The notes: generated from the letters alone by a model not told the origin. A DNA stretch of 64,000 bases from a bacterium (GCA_037130655.1 JBAXSP010000004.1:337-64336); one strand, 5' to 3'; shown: positions 50,007 through 60,020, numbered from the stretch's first letter. Numbers and translations: made by a program.

Positions 50007-51710
50007 CTAATCTTCATCGAAATCTACAACCTCCACTGCTTCCTCATATGTTGTCACACCATTCAAGATTTTCACCACTGCGTCTTCTTTCATATCAAGA
50101 ATGTGTTGTGTTTCAGATGCTTTTTTGATTTCTCGTTCACTTGGGTTTTTGTTTACGATATCTTCAATTGATTGGTCTGTGAGTATTGCTTCGAACACAC
50201 CGATTCGTCCTTTGTATCCAGTTCCGCTACATTTTTCACAACCAACCGCTTGTTTGACTTTCATATCCATATCAGCTGATACATTATATGAAGCCATATC
50301 TTTTCCTTCTGCAATCGCCTGTGTGATAATCGCGCTGAATATGTTCTTTTCATTTTCGTTTGCGTCACGATCTGTCGCACAGTATTTACAAACTTTTCTG
50401 ATCAACCGTTGTGCTACTGAAATAGTGAGAGCAGAAGTGAGGATTTTTGGATTGATACCAAGGTCAATCAAGCGGGGAATAACACCTGCGGCATTGTTGG
50501 TGTGGAGTGTTGAGAACACCAAGTGACCAGTAAGTGCTGCGTTGATTGCAATTGTTGCTGTGTCTTTGTCTCGGATTTCTCCCACCATGATTACGTCAGG
50601 GTCTTGTCTTAGTGCTGCACGAAGTCCTTCAGGGAAACCGTAGCCTTTGTCGATTTCAGTTTGAGTTTGAGTGATACCTGCGAGGTGATATTCAATCGGG
50701 TCTTCAATAGTAAGAATTTTTAACTCAGGATCATAGATGCGACGAAGGAATGAATAGAGGGTGGTTGTTTTTCCAGATCCTGTTGGTCCGGTGATCAACA
50801 TCAATCCATTTGGTTTTTTGATTTCGTGATCCAGAATCTTAAAGAGTTTTGGTTCGATTCCCAGGTCTTCGAATTTTACTTTCGTTGCTTTTGGGTTGAG
50901 TAGACGCATAACAATTCCTTCGCCGTATGCAGATGGAATGATTGATGTACGAATACCAATTTCATCTCCGCTAATAAAAATACTAAAACGTCCATCCTGT
51001 GCTTGGTCTGTTTGAGTAAGTTTCAATCCTGAGATCAATTTGATACGAGAGTCGATCATTCTGAACTTTGCTTCATCAAAGAATGCTACATCTTGCAACA
51101 CTCCGTCGAGACGATACCGTAAACGAATTCGTTCATGCTCTGGTTCGATGTGAATATCAGACGCATCAATCGAAATTGCTCCAGCGAGAATAATTTCAAG
51201 CATGCGAGAAGTTTTCTTTTGAGAGCCGTCAGAAATAATTTGTTCAATGATTTTTCTAATATCATCAATTGTTTTAATCTGTGTCCCGAGTGCAAGGAGA
51301 GTGTCTCCGGTGATGTCGATACCACCTTCTCGAGAAACAGTGGTGTTTGAAAGTTCGCGATAGCGTTCCCAAACTTTTGTGAGACTGGCGATTGATGCCA
51401 TATAGATATGAGGAACATATCCTTTTTTGATGAGGTTTGCTGTCAGTAATGCAACATCGGTGTGAGCAGGAGAGTGTAGTGCGATGTGCAGATTGTTCCC
51501 GGCTAGTTTGAACGGAGCAACTTCCATATCATGTGCGTCTTTTTCGTCGAAGGCTCGCAATGCTTCGTTTTCAATAACCACTCCAGCAAGGTTGATATAT
51601 GGAATATTGTATTTTTCGGTCGCCAACATTTCTACCAAACCCTCTTCTTCTTGTTTTCGTAGTTCGTCAACGCGTTTGTTTTGTGATTTGTCATCAAAAG
51701 AAATACTCAT
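50007..51710 (-). CDS. GspE/PilB-family type IV pilus assembly ATPase
   Basis: ASDIHIEP, QDGRF, GPTGSGKTT, EDPIEY, RQDPD, STLHTN, CxxC pairs. Confidence 0.93.
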   Translation of the reverse strand: MSISFDDKSQNKRVDELRKQEEEGLVEMLATEKYNIPYINLAGVVIENEALRAFDEKDAHDMEVAPFKLAGNNLHIALHSPAHTDVALLTANLIKKGYVPHIYMASIASLTKVWERYRELSNTTVSREGGIDITGDTLLALGTQIKTIDDIRKIIEQIISDGSQKKTSRMLEIILAGAISIDASDIHIEPEHERIRLRYRLDGVLQDVAFFDEAKFRMIDSRIKLISGLKLTQTDQAQDGRFSIFISGDEIGIRTSIIPSAYGEGIVMRLLNPKATKVKFEDLGIEPKLFKILDHEIKKPNGLMLITGPTGSGKTTTLYSFLRRIYDPELKILTIEDPIEYHLAGITQTQTEIDKGYGFPEGLRAALRQDPDVIMVGEIRDKDTATIAINAALTGHLVFSTLHTNNAAGVIPRLIDLGINPKILTSALTISVAQRLIRKVCKYCATDRDANENEKNIFSAIITQAIAEGKDMASYNVSADMDMKVKQAVGCEKCSGTGYKGRIGVFEAILTDQSIEDIVNKNPSEREIKKASETQHILDMKEDAVVKILNGVTTYEEAVEVVDFDED

Positions 51711-51737
51711 GGTCTTTTTAGTTTAACACAAAAAAAG

Positions 51738-51770
51738 CAATGACCAATGACTAGTGACTAATGACTAATA
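51738..51770. repeat. Solo heptamer arm (#10)
   Basis: AATGACC AATGACT AGTGACT AATGACT with no inverted partner nearby. Confidence 0.8.
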
Positions 51771-51860
51771 AAATTTAAATTATAAAAAATAAATAATTAT
51801 TTTTTATAAAAATATATAAACTATTATTTAAAATAATTGCAATTTTTTTTCATGGAATGA

Positions 51861-51955
51861 AGGTGTGTTTTTCAGTAGACTCTGCGCAGACTGACGAGTC
51901 GAGCAAAGTAATTTTTCACCAGAAAAATATACGTGTCTACTGAAAAACAGCACCT
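51861..51955 (+). mobile_element. Palindromic element (ATTTTTCACCAGAAAAAT family), intergenic copy
   Basis: Arms AGGTG-TGTTTTTCAGTAGAC / GTCTACTGAAAAACAGCACCT; core GCGCAGAC...CGAGCAAAGTAATTTTTCACCAGAAAAATA. Confidence 0.8.
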
Positions 51956-52022
51956 GAATGAAGACTTGACAAACATATTGTATTGTGATACAATCTTGTT
52001 AGAAATCAAATAATATACAAAA

Positions 52023-53342
52023 TTGAAACAGTACATTTTAAACATCAAAAAAGTCCTTTTTACGGCAATCATTGTTTTGGTTGTGTCAGCAAAAGGCTAC
52101 ACAAAAAATTCTAACGATACTACTTGGCATCATTTGCCATATAGTAAAAATCCAACCACTCAAAAAACCGGAGCAGAAATTGCGGAGGGGATTGAGAATG
52201 GAACACTTGAACTGAACATGAGTATTGATGAGTTTGTAATTCAAAAAACAAACATTATCAACATTTATTGCAAACGCGACAAATGGAAAGATGCTCAAGG
52301 AAATCTGGTGGCCCCATACAAAGCCTCGAGGCAATTCATTGCTTCAATGTATCGGAACGCAAAACTGCAAACCGCAAGTTGGCAGTCCGACCAAGCATTG
52401 GTTTTTAGATTAACAACCGGAAGTATTGGTTCTGGGAAAAAAGAGAAAGTAGTCATAAAATATTTTGACTACTGGAACAGAAATCCTTACCAAAACGAAG
52501 GAATGTTTACAATTAGCCCAAGTGCTTTGTCCGATGTTGTTGGTAATTATCCAGATATTAATTTGGGTAGCAACCAGTGTTTGAATGATATTTTTATCAA
52601 ACAAATACAACAGCAACCAATCGCTCAGACTCCTGCTCCTTGCACAACATGTAATCAGCAGGTACAGCAACAGGTGTACCAGCAACCACAACAACAGCCA
52701 TGCAACAATTGCCAACAAGTGCAATGTCAGGGTGGATGTAACACGTGGAGCGGTATTCCTGTTAGAGTTCCGGCGATCTACACAGATCAGTACACAAGTC
52801 CGTGGTGGAACTTCAATGGCTATCCTCCAAACGTTAACTGTAACTACGGTTACGGAAACATGGGGTATGCACAACAAGGTTGTGGGTATTGCGGTGTTGT
52901 TGGTTGTAATGGTGGTTGTTATGGAAGAGGGAGAAATCCTTATCCGTATATGATTGCAGGACAATTAATCAGTGCTGGAACAATGCTCGGTTTGGCTTAT
53001 TTTAGCCAACCGCAACAAACCATTTTGGTTCAAAACTACAATACAACGACTTCAAATGGTGGAACGTCTCAGACGTGGACACCGACCAATAACGGGAGCG
53101 GTATTGTTGTTACCCCTGGGGGGAGCACATCAGCACTTAATTGGGGCACTGGAAACAGTAACAGTGGTGGAACAAACCAAACAAACACAGGTCTTAACTG
53201 GGGAACCGGAAACAGTTTCGGTGGTGGAACAAACCAAACAAACACGAACTTTAACACAGGAACTGGAAACAGTTTTAATGGAGGGGGTTCGTCAAATTGG
53301 GGAGGAACATCTTATGTTATTCCTGCTCAATGGTTGCGTTAA
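52023..53342 (+). CDS. Secreted protein with Gln/Cys/Gly-rich and N/G/T-rich low-complexity regions
   Basis: TTG start after TTGACA-N17-TACAAT-like promoter; signal-like N-terminus; 19-aa LNWGTGNS repeats. Confidence 0.7.
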   Translation: MKQYILNIKKVLFTAIIVLVVSAKGYTKNSNDTTWHHLPYSKNPTTQKTGAEIAEGIENGTLELNMSIDEFVIQKTNIINIYCKRDKWKDAQGNLVAPYKASRQFIASMYRNAKLQTASWQSDQALVFRLTTGSIGSGKKEKVVIKYFDYWNRNPYQNEGMFTISPSALSDVVGNYPDINLGSNQCLNDIFIKQIQQQPIAQTPAPCTTCNQQVQQQVYQQPQQQPCNNCQQVQCQGGCNTWSGIPVRVPAIYTDQYTSPWWNFNGYPPNVNCNYGYGNMGYAQQGCGYCGVVGCNGGCYGRGRNPYPYMIAGQLISAGTMLGLAYFSQPQQTILVQNYNTTTSNGGTSQTWTPTNNGSGIVVTPGGSTSALNWGTGNSNSGGTNQTNTGLNWGTGNSFGGGTNQTNTNFNTGTGNSFNGGGSSNWGGTSYVIPAQWLR

Positions 53343-53468
53343 GTTTTTTTTTTGTAATATTGGGCATCGTTTCGATGATGCCCTCTATTTTTAAGTATTT
53401 GTGATACATTTGTAGTCGCACGAATACTCAAAAATGGAGGAATCCATTGTTAAGTAATAAATAATTAT

Positions 53469-55298
53469 ATGAATAAAACAATACAAAAAATAATCAAACT
53501 GGTATCGTTTTCTGCGCTCGCACTTTTTGCTAGTGCAACTTTTGCGTCTGCTACACAGTTTCCAACTGTGTCAGTGATGAATGCAACAAACAATCCAGGG
53601 TGTAATTTTGCACAATGTGGATCATCTTCAGTTTCTGCAAACCCTGGAGATATTATCTCTGTGCAAATCTTTTACAATAACACAACAGCAAGTGCACAAA
53701 ATGTGACACTTAGTCTTTCTCCTCGTACACAAACAGGAACAACTTTTTCTTTCACTGGATCTGCAAGTAATGCAGGAAGTGGAACAGTAAGTGTGACTGT
53801 TTCAGGAGGACAATCACAAACAGCAACATTGATGTCTGGTACTGCTCGTTGGTACAAAGATATTCCAACAAATAACCAACTCGTAAACGGTGTGTCTGTT
53901 GACTCACTCTTTGCTGGAAGTTTTTCAGTTGGAACACTAGCTCCGGTACAAGGTAATGCTTCTCCGAACCAAGGTGTGCTTGTTGTCGATTTCCAAATTT
54001 CAAACAATCAATATCAACCACAAACATACGCATGTAATGATGGGATTGATAATGATGGGGATGGATACCGAGACTATCCAAGCGATAGTGGTTGTACAAG
54101 TGCAACTGATAACGATGAATACAATACTCCAATCAATACTATTATTTGGGGATGTATGGATTATCGTGCAACGAATTACAATGCAAGTGCAACTCGTGAT
54201 AACGGAAACTGTACTTATGTAAACAACAACACAACAACATATGTGTGGGGTTGTACAAACTCAAGTGCATACAACTATGATTATCGTGCAAACCGTGATG
54301 ATGGTTCTTGCCGATATAACAACAATAATAACTCCACAAACAACCAAAGCCCAACTGTTGCTACAACAATGGCTACAAACATTTCAACGAGTGCTGCCCG
54401 ACTAAATGGTATTGCGTATGCAAACAACAATAATACAAACGTATGGTTCGAATGGGGTCAAACAACTTCATACGGAAATCGTACAAACACTGTTTCAATT
54501 GGAACAGCAAATGGACAAGCAATGTCTGATTCTATTTATGGATTGCAAGCTGGTACTATTTATTACTACCGAGCAGTTGCTCAAAATAATTTCGGTACTG
54601 TGTACGGTGAACGCGTATGGTTCCGAACAACTGGTGATGGTGTGGTAGATTCTACAAACACAACGACTACAAAAATCGTATACATTCACGATAGTTCAAA
54701 AACAGTCAATTTGATTCCTGCACAAACAGTGCCATCATTGATTGCACTTCGTATTGAAAACAAATTTGATTCTGTGTGTACTGGAGATAATCTTGAATAC
54801 ACCGTAACGTATCAAAACGTTTCGGGAAAAACAATTTCAAACGTAGTACTACAAGTAGTACTACCAGGCGGAGTTAGTTTTGTAAGATCATCAAATGGTT
54901 CATTTGATAAAGATTCAAACACACTCACTATCCCACTTGGAACACTTACTCCAAACCAAACTGGAACTGCGTATGTATCTGCTCACATTGATACAATTGC
55001 AAGTGATACTGATATCGTAGTTACAACTGCGCGTATGGTATACACTCACCCAGTAAGTGGTGCACAAGAAGATGTGATTGCATATGATATCAATCATAAA
55101 GGTGCATGTAGTTCAATTGGACTCGGTGCTGCAGCATTGTTTGGAAATGGATTTTTCCCAACAACATTCTTCGGATGGTTGCTATTGATTCTTGTAATCT
55201 TGATTCTTGTATTGATTGCTCGCAATCTCTATGATCGCAAAAGACTAACTAATACAAAAACAAGTAGTAGTACAAACACAACAACTTTGTCGCAGTAA
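53469..55298 (+). CDS. Cell-surface protein (DUF11/FN3-like domains, CNDGIDNDGDG and GC..ATNY repeats, C-terminal TM)
   Basis: Signal peptide, repeat motifs, GDNLEYTVTYQN, C-terminal TM with basic tail. Confidence 0.8.
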   Translation: MNKTIQKIIKLVSFSALALFASATFASATQFPTVSVMNATNNPGCNFAQCGSSSVSANPGDIISVQIFYNNTTASAQNVTLSLSPRTQTGTTFSFTGSASNAGSGTVSVTVSGGQSQTATLMSGTARWYKDIPTNNQLVNGVSVDSLFAGSFSVGTLAPVQGNASPNQGVLVVDFQISNNQYQPQTYACNDGIDNDGDGYRDYPSDSGCTSATDNDEYNTPINTIIWGCMDYRATNYNASATRDNGNCTYVNNNTTTYVWGCTNSSAYNYDYRANRDDGSCRYNNNNNSTNNQSPTVATTMATNISTSAARLNGIAYANNNNTNVWFEWGQTTSYGNRTNTVSIGTANGQAMSDSIYGLQAGTIYYYRAVAQNNFGTVYGERVWFRTTGDGVVDSTNTTTTKIVYIHDSSKTVNLIPAQTVPSLIALRIENKFDSVCTGDNLEYTVTYQNVSGKTISNVVLQVVLPGGVSFVRSSNGSFDKDSNTLTIPLGTLTPNQTGTAYVSAHIDTIASDTDIVVTTARMVYTHPVSGAQEDVIAYDINHKGACSSIGLGAAALFGNGFFPTTFFGWLLLILVILILVLIARNLYDRKRLTNTKTSSSTNTTTLSQ

Positions 55299-55368
55299 GC
55301 GACTAGCTCCTAGCATCTAGCTACTAGCTAAAAAAAGAACAGCGACCTTTGGTCGCTGTTCTTTTTTT
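55299..55368. repeat. Heptamer variant cassette #11 (CTAGCTA-type single arm plus terminator)
   Basis: CTAGCTC CTAGCAT CTAGCTA CTAGCTA then AAAAAAAGAACAGCGACC-TTT-GGTCGCTGTTCTTTTTTT. Confidence 0.75.
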
Positions 55369-55406
55369 GGTGGAACTTGATTGTCTTTTTGTGTTACAGT
55401 GTCCAT

Positions 55407-55871
55407 ATGGAAAAAGACAAAAAGTTCGAATTGGTGACACTCACTGACACTGCACAACTTGCAGTAGAGATTGTTTCATTGATCTCGGAAAACATGAAGC
55501 ACAGTGATGTTGGTGCACAAGTAGTACTCCTTTCTGGTACACTCGGCACCGGCAAGACAACCCTTTCACAAGCAATCGCAAAAGAACTTGGTGTTACCGA
55601 AACTGTTATCTCACCAACTTTTATTCTTATGAAACGATACGAAAGTCAAAATGATTTGATAAAAAATTTGGTGCACATTGATGCATATCGTCTCGAGAAC
55701 AAAGAAGAAATGAGCAGGTTGGAATGGGAAGCATTGATCAATCAAAACAATACACTCATCTTGCTTGAATGGCCAGAAAAAGTTTCAGGCATTCTGTTAC
55801 CAGAGAAAACGATCACTGTTTCACTGGTCCATGAAAGCGAAGGACGAAGACGTGCAACAATTTCATTTTAA
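55407..55871 (+). CDS. tsaE: tRNA threonylcarbamoyladenosine biosynthesis ATPase TsaE
   Basis: LSGTLGTGKTT, SPTF, HIDAYRL, LEWP. Confidence 0.95.
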   Translation: MEKDKKFELVTLTDTAQLAVEIVSLISENMKHSDVGAQVVLLSGTLGTGKTTLSQAIAKELGVTETVISPTFILMKRYESQNDLIKNLVHIDAYRLENKEEMSRLEWEALINQNNTLILLEWPEKVSGILLPEKTITVSLVHESEGRRRATISF

Positions 55872-55889
55872 AAAAATTTTTCAAAGCGT

Positions 55890-58259
55890 ATGGCAAAAAA
55901 ACTAACGGACAAAAATAAAAAGACACTCGTATTACTTGATGCTCATGCAATCATTCACCGTGCATATCACGCACTACCAGAATTTGCGACACGTGCCGGA
56001 GTTCCGACAGGCGCACTCTATGGTATCATTGCAATGGTGCTCAAAATCACCGAAGAGTTACAACCAGATTATATTGTTGCGTGTTACGATCTTCCGCAAA
56101 AAACATTTCGCCATGAAGCGTATGACGCCTACAAAGGTACTCGTGCAAAAACTGATGATGCACTCGTTTCGCAAATAATACAATCACGAGAAATTTTCGA
56201 CGCATTAAATATTCCAATGTATGATGCACCAGGTTTTGAGGCCGATGATGTGCTCGGTGCAATTGCAGAGCAAACAAAAAATGATGACACGTTGAATGTG
56301 ATCATTGCGTCAGGTGATATGGACACACTTCAATTGGTTGAAGGAAACCGTGTGCAAGTGTACACCTTGAAAAAAGGTTTGAACGATACCATTATTTATA
56401 ATGAAAAAGCGGTGGTGGAAAGATTCGGATTTTTGCCAATTCAAATTCCAGATTACAAAGGATTGCGCGGTGATACATCTGACAACATTATTGGAGTCAA
56501 AGGTATCGGAGAAAAAACTGCAACAAGTTTGATTCTTGCATATAAGACAATCGAACAACTATTTGTCGCAATTAAAAAGGACAGAGACAGTGTCAAGAAA
56601 AAAGCAAGTGTCACTGATCGCATCATTGACCTATTGATTGAAAATGAAGAAGAAGCATTGTTCTCAAAAACACTCGCAACAATTCGTCGCGATGTGCCAA
56701 TTACTTTTGTACTTCCAGAAGAATTCAAAAAAAATGCAGAACGAGAAAAATTGATTGCACTCTGTCAGAAATTTGAATTCCGAAGCTTGATTACACGTAT
56801 CGAAAAAGTTTTTGGTTTTGATCCAATCAAAGATGAAATCGAAATCAAAGGCGATGATATTTTTTTGGTGAAGAAATTGAGCATCGCAACGTCGCTACTC
56901 AATTCAGAAGACAAAGAACCAGACATCGGCGCGATTTTATTTCACACAAAAACAACAACGATTGCAGATGCAGAAAAAGTATTGATGCAAGATATCAAGA
57001 AAAATAATTTGGAATTTGTTTTTGATGTAATTGAAACTCCACTCATTCCGATTATTTCTGAGCTCGAAGAAAATGGTATTTTGATTGATGTAGAATATTT
57101 GAAAAAGTTGAGCAAAGAATATCACACAGCGCTCGATATTTTGGAAAAGAAAATTTACGAACTAACTGGTGAGACATTCAATATCAATTCACCAAAACAA
57201 CTAGCAGAAATTTTGTACGACAAGTTGGAACTTTCGGATGGAATCAAAATGAAAAAAACTGCCGGTGGTGCACGTTCAACAAAAGAATCCGAACTGCTTA
57301 AAATGAAAGACGCACATCCAGTCATTTCATTTATTCTTGAATACCGCGAATTACAAAAATTACTTTCGACCTACATCGACACCTTGCCGAGTTTGGTGAA
57401 AGAAGACGGAAGAATTCATGCACACTTTTTGCAGACAGGAACCACGACCGGACGCTTTGGTTGTGAAAATCCAAACCTGCAAAATATTCCAATCAAGACA
57501 GAATTAGGAAAACGAATTCGAAATGGTTTTGTTGCAAGCAAGGGTTGTACATTGGTTTCGTTCGACTATTCACAAATCGAACTTCGGGTAGCGGCAATGC
57601 TTGCAGGCGATACGTATATGACCGAAGCGTTTATTCGAGGTGATGACATTCACACAGCAGTGGCAATGAAAGTCTTTGGGGTAAGTGAAGCAGATATGAC
57701 TTATGATATGCGACGTCGAGCAAAAGTCATCAACTTCGGTATTCTCTATGGTATGGGGGTGACCGCACTCAAAGATGCACTAGGAACCGACCGTAAAGAA
57801 GCCCAAGCTTTCTACGACAACTATTTCTTGGCCTTTCCTTCGATTGCGGGATATTTGGAAGGAATTAAGGAATTTGCTAAAAAGCACGGATTTACGACAA
57901 CATTGTATGGACGACGACGTTATTTCCCAAATATTAAATCAAGTATCCAGTTTATCCGAGCAATGGCTGAGCGAACTGCGATCAATGCACCAATCCAAGG
58001 AACAGGGGCGGATATTATGAAATTGGGAATGATTAAGGCTCAAACAGAGCTTGCGAAGGCTGGTTTGAATGAAAAAGCCAAAATGGTGCTTCAGGTGCAC
58101 GATGAAATCATTTATGAAGTAGAACATAGTGCAGTAGAACAAGTAACGAAAATTGTTAGTAATGCGCTGGTGACAGCAATGCCGGATGAACCAAAGCCAA
58201 CAATCACAGTCCCTCTTGCTGTAGGAGTAAAACAAGGAGAAAATTGGGGTGTATTATAG
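55890..58259 (+). CDS. polA: DNA polymerase I (5'-3' exonuclease plus polymerase; 3'-5' exonuclease region largely absent)
   Basis: EADDV, SGDMD, GDTSDNIIGVKGIGEKTA, DYSQIELR, AKVINFGILYG, QVHDE; only 789 aa. Confidence 0.96.
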   Translation: MAKKLTDKNKKTLVLLDAHAIIHRAYHALPEFATRAGVPTGALYGIIAMVLKITEELQPDYIVACYDLPQKTFRHEAYDAYKGTRAKTDDALVSQIIQSREIFDALNIPMYDAPGFEADDVLGAIAEQTKNDDTLNVIIASGDMDTLQLVEGNRVQVYTLKKGLNDTIIYNEKAVVERFGFLPIQIPDYKGLRGDTSDNIIGVKGIGEKTATSLILAYKTIEQLFVAIKKDRDSVKKKASVTDRIIDLLIENEEEALFSKTLATIRRDVPITFVLPEEFKKNAEREKLIALCQKFEFRSLITRIEKVFGFDPIKDEIEIKGDDIFLVKKLSIATSLLNSEDKEPDIGAILFHTKTTTIADAEKVLMQDIKKNNLEFVFDVIETPLIPIISELEENGILIDVEYLKKLSKEYHTALDILEKKIYELTGETFNINSPKQLAEILYDKLELSDGIKMKKTAGGARSTKESELLKMKDAHPVISFILEYRELQKLLSTYIDTLPSLVKEDGRIHAHFLQTGTTTGRFGCENPNLQNIPIKTELGKRIRNGFVASKGCTLVSFDYSQIELRVAAMLAGDTYMTEAFIRGDDIHTAVAMKVFGVSEADMTYDMRRRAKVINFGILYGMGVTALKDALGTDRKEAQAFYDNYFLAFPSIAGYLEGIKEFAKKHGFTTTLYGRRRYFPNIKSSIQFIRAMAERTAINAPIQGTGADIMKLGMIKAQTELAKAGLNEKAKMVLQVHDEIIYEVEHSAVEQVTKIVSNALVTAMPDEPKPTITVPLAVGVKQGENWGVL

Positions 58260-58376
58260 GTTCTAGTGATTAGTTTCTAGTTGCTAGTAAAAACATAGAA
58301 AAAAGAGCGAAAACCTACGGTTTTCGCTCTTTTTTTGTTAAAACTAGAACCTAGTCACTAGCCACTAGAACCTATC
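58257..58376. repeat. Heptamer variant cassette #12 (TAGGTTC/CTAGAAC type)
   Basis: Arm starts at polA TAG; hairpin AAAAAGAGCGAAAACC-TAC-GGTTTTCGCTCTTTTT; inverted arm ending CTAGAACCTA. Confidence 0.85.
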
Positions 58377-58394
58377 ACTTGCTATACTCTCTCT

Positions 58395-58877
58395 ATGGAA
58401 CCAACTCAGAAGAAACCAAAAAGCGTACATATCATTTTATCAGAATCATATTTGACCTTTATTGTCCTCTTTATTCCAGCAATGTTGTTGGATACTTATT
58501 TTAATACCAATAAAACCGTGCATCCAAATCTTGTTATTTTGGGTTGGGTACTACTATTTATCTCACCGGTTCTTATTTATTGGGCACAAAAAACCTCAGC
58601 TGCTTTCAAAAAAGCTTATGAAAATGGTACTCCGATTACTCCGAGCTTCTTTATGCACGGGCCATACAGGGTTACTCGTCGTCCAACTCATCTTGGTATT
58701 ACACTGATGTTTGTTGGATTTTCTCTTGTTATATCAAGTCCGTTTGCGCTAGTTTCTGCATTGATTGCACACTTGGTGACACAAATGAATTTCATTAAAC
58801 GCGAAGAATGTATTTTGCTTGAAAAATACGGCGAACCATATCAGGTTTACTGTAATAAAGTTGGCAAATGGCTATGA
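58395..58877 (+). CDS. Isoprenylcysteine carboxylmethyltransferase/PEMT-family membrane protein
   Basis: GPYRVTRRPTHLG, EE..L..KYGEPYQVY...V..W. Confidence 0.85.
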   Translation: MEPTQKKPKSVHIILSESYLTFIVLFIPAMLLDTYFNTNKTVHPNLVILGWVLLFISPVLIYWAQKTSAAFKKAYENGTPITPSFFMHGPYRVTRRPTHLGITLMFVGFSLVISSPFALVSALIAHLVTQMNFIKREECILLEKYGEPYQVYCNKVGKWL

Positions 58878-59563
58878 TGACACTGGTTGTTGGTGGTGAC
58901 TACAAAAAAAGAAGTTTATATCGAGGAAAGTTTCTCGGTGAAGATTTTGTTGTGTCATCAGCTGAAAGCATCAAAGAGGTGCTTACAGAAATAACTGCAA
59001 CATCACTTTTTGAGGAAATGAAAGGAGTGGTATTTGTAAATATATTTTCTCAGAATAAACATGAAGCAGATTGGAAGTTGATTTTAGAACAAGCTTCAGC
59101 AGGAACTCGAAAATGCATCTTCGAAGAAGAAAAAACCATTGCAGGACTTGCTCCGTTGTGCAAAAAATACAAAGTAGAAGTACTTGACCTGAAAGAAAAA
59201 GAGCAAAGTAAATATAACCCTTTTTTGATTACTGATGCATATGGTGCAGGTGATAAGAAGGAATTGTTCAGTCTTTTTATGGAATCTCTCGAACGAGGTG
59301 AGGTAGCAGAAGAAATACATGGACGAATTGCTTGGATGGCAAAAACCTTGGCAACTGTTGAATTATCATTGAAAAATAAGGACGAAAGCATTGTTTCAGA
59401 AATCAATCCCTTTGTTGTATCAAAAACCAAGCGAATATTGTCTGCACAAAAAAACCGATCTTTTATGAAAGAATATTGCGAATTGGTAAGTATGTATCAC
59501 TTGGGGCATAGAGGAGAAGGAGAAATGATGTATTTGCTTGAACGGTTTTTGTTGTCTATATAA
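58868..59563 (+). CDS. Probable DNA polymerase III delta subunit (HolA-like, short)
   Basis: SLF motif, PFLITDAYG, INPFVVSK, C-terminal LERFLL. Confidence 0.65.
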   Translation: MAMMTLVVGGDYKKRSLYRGKFLGEDFVVSSAESIKEVLTEITATSLFEEMKGVVFVNIFSQNKHEADWKLILEQASAGTRKCIFEEEKTIAGLAPLCKKYKVEVLDLKEKEQSKYNPFLITDAYGAGDKKELFSLFMESLERGEVAEEIHGRIAWMAKTLATVELSLKNKDESIVSEINPFVVSKTKRILSAQKNRSFMKEYCELVSMYHLGHRGEGEMMYLLERFLLSI

Positions 59564-59817
59564 TAAATAGAAAAATTCATATAAAAAAAGCCTTCTGTGG
59601 GAGAAGGCTTTTTGTATGGTTATATTTTATTGTAGGCTTGAAAAGCAGAAAGAACAAATGAGGTGAAAGTTGCGTAATAATTAACTTAATTATATGAAAA
59701 GGGAGCAAGTCCATTTTTTATTGGCAAGAGCCAAAAGTTTGACTGTCGCTTTCTATATGTGCCTCATCTGATATAAGTATACAAGTTTTTTATTTTGTGT
59801 GTTGTGGAAAACTTTTT

Positions 59818-60020
59818 AATAAAACCTTTTGAAAGGCACACGATTTTTGCACTACAAAAATCGGGTCGAAAGAAAGAATATGACGAAGTCGTATACTTTT
59901 TTCGACATTTTTTCAAGGCAGAAAAAATGCCTCTTTGCTCGGAAACAACCAAAAGAAAAACACCTGTCGGTGTTTTTCTTTTGGTTGTTTCCTGTGCAGA
60001 GCCTTTCAAAAGGTTTTATT
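59818..60020. mobile_element. 203-bp MITE-like multi-hairpin element
   Basis: Perfect 20-bp terminal inverted repeat AATAAAACCTTTTGAAAGGC; three to four internal hairpins. Confidence 0.65.
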
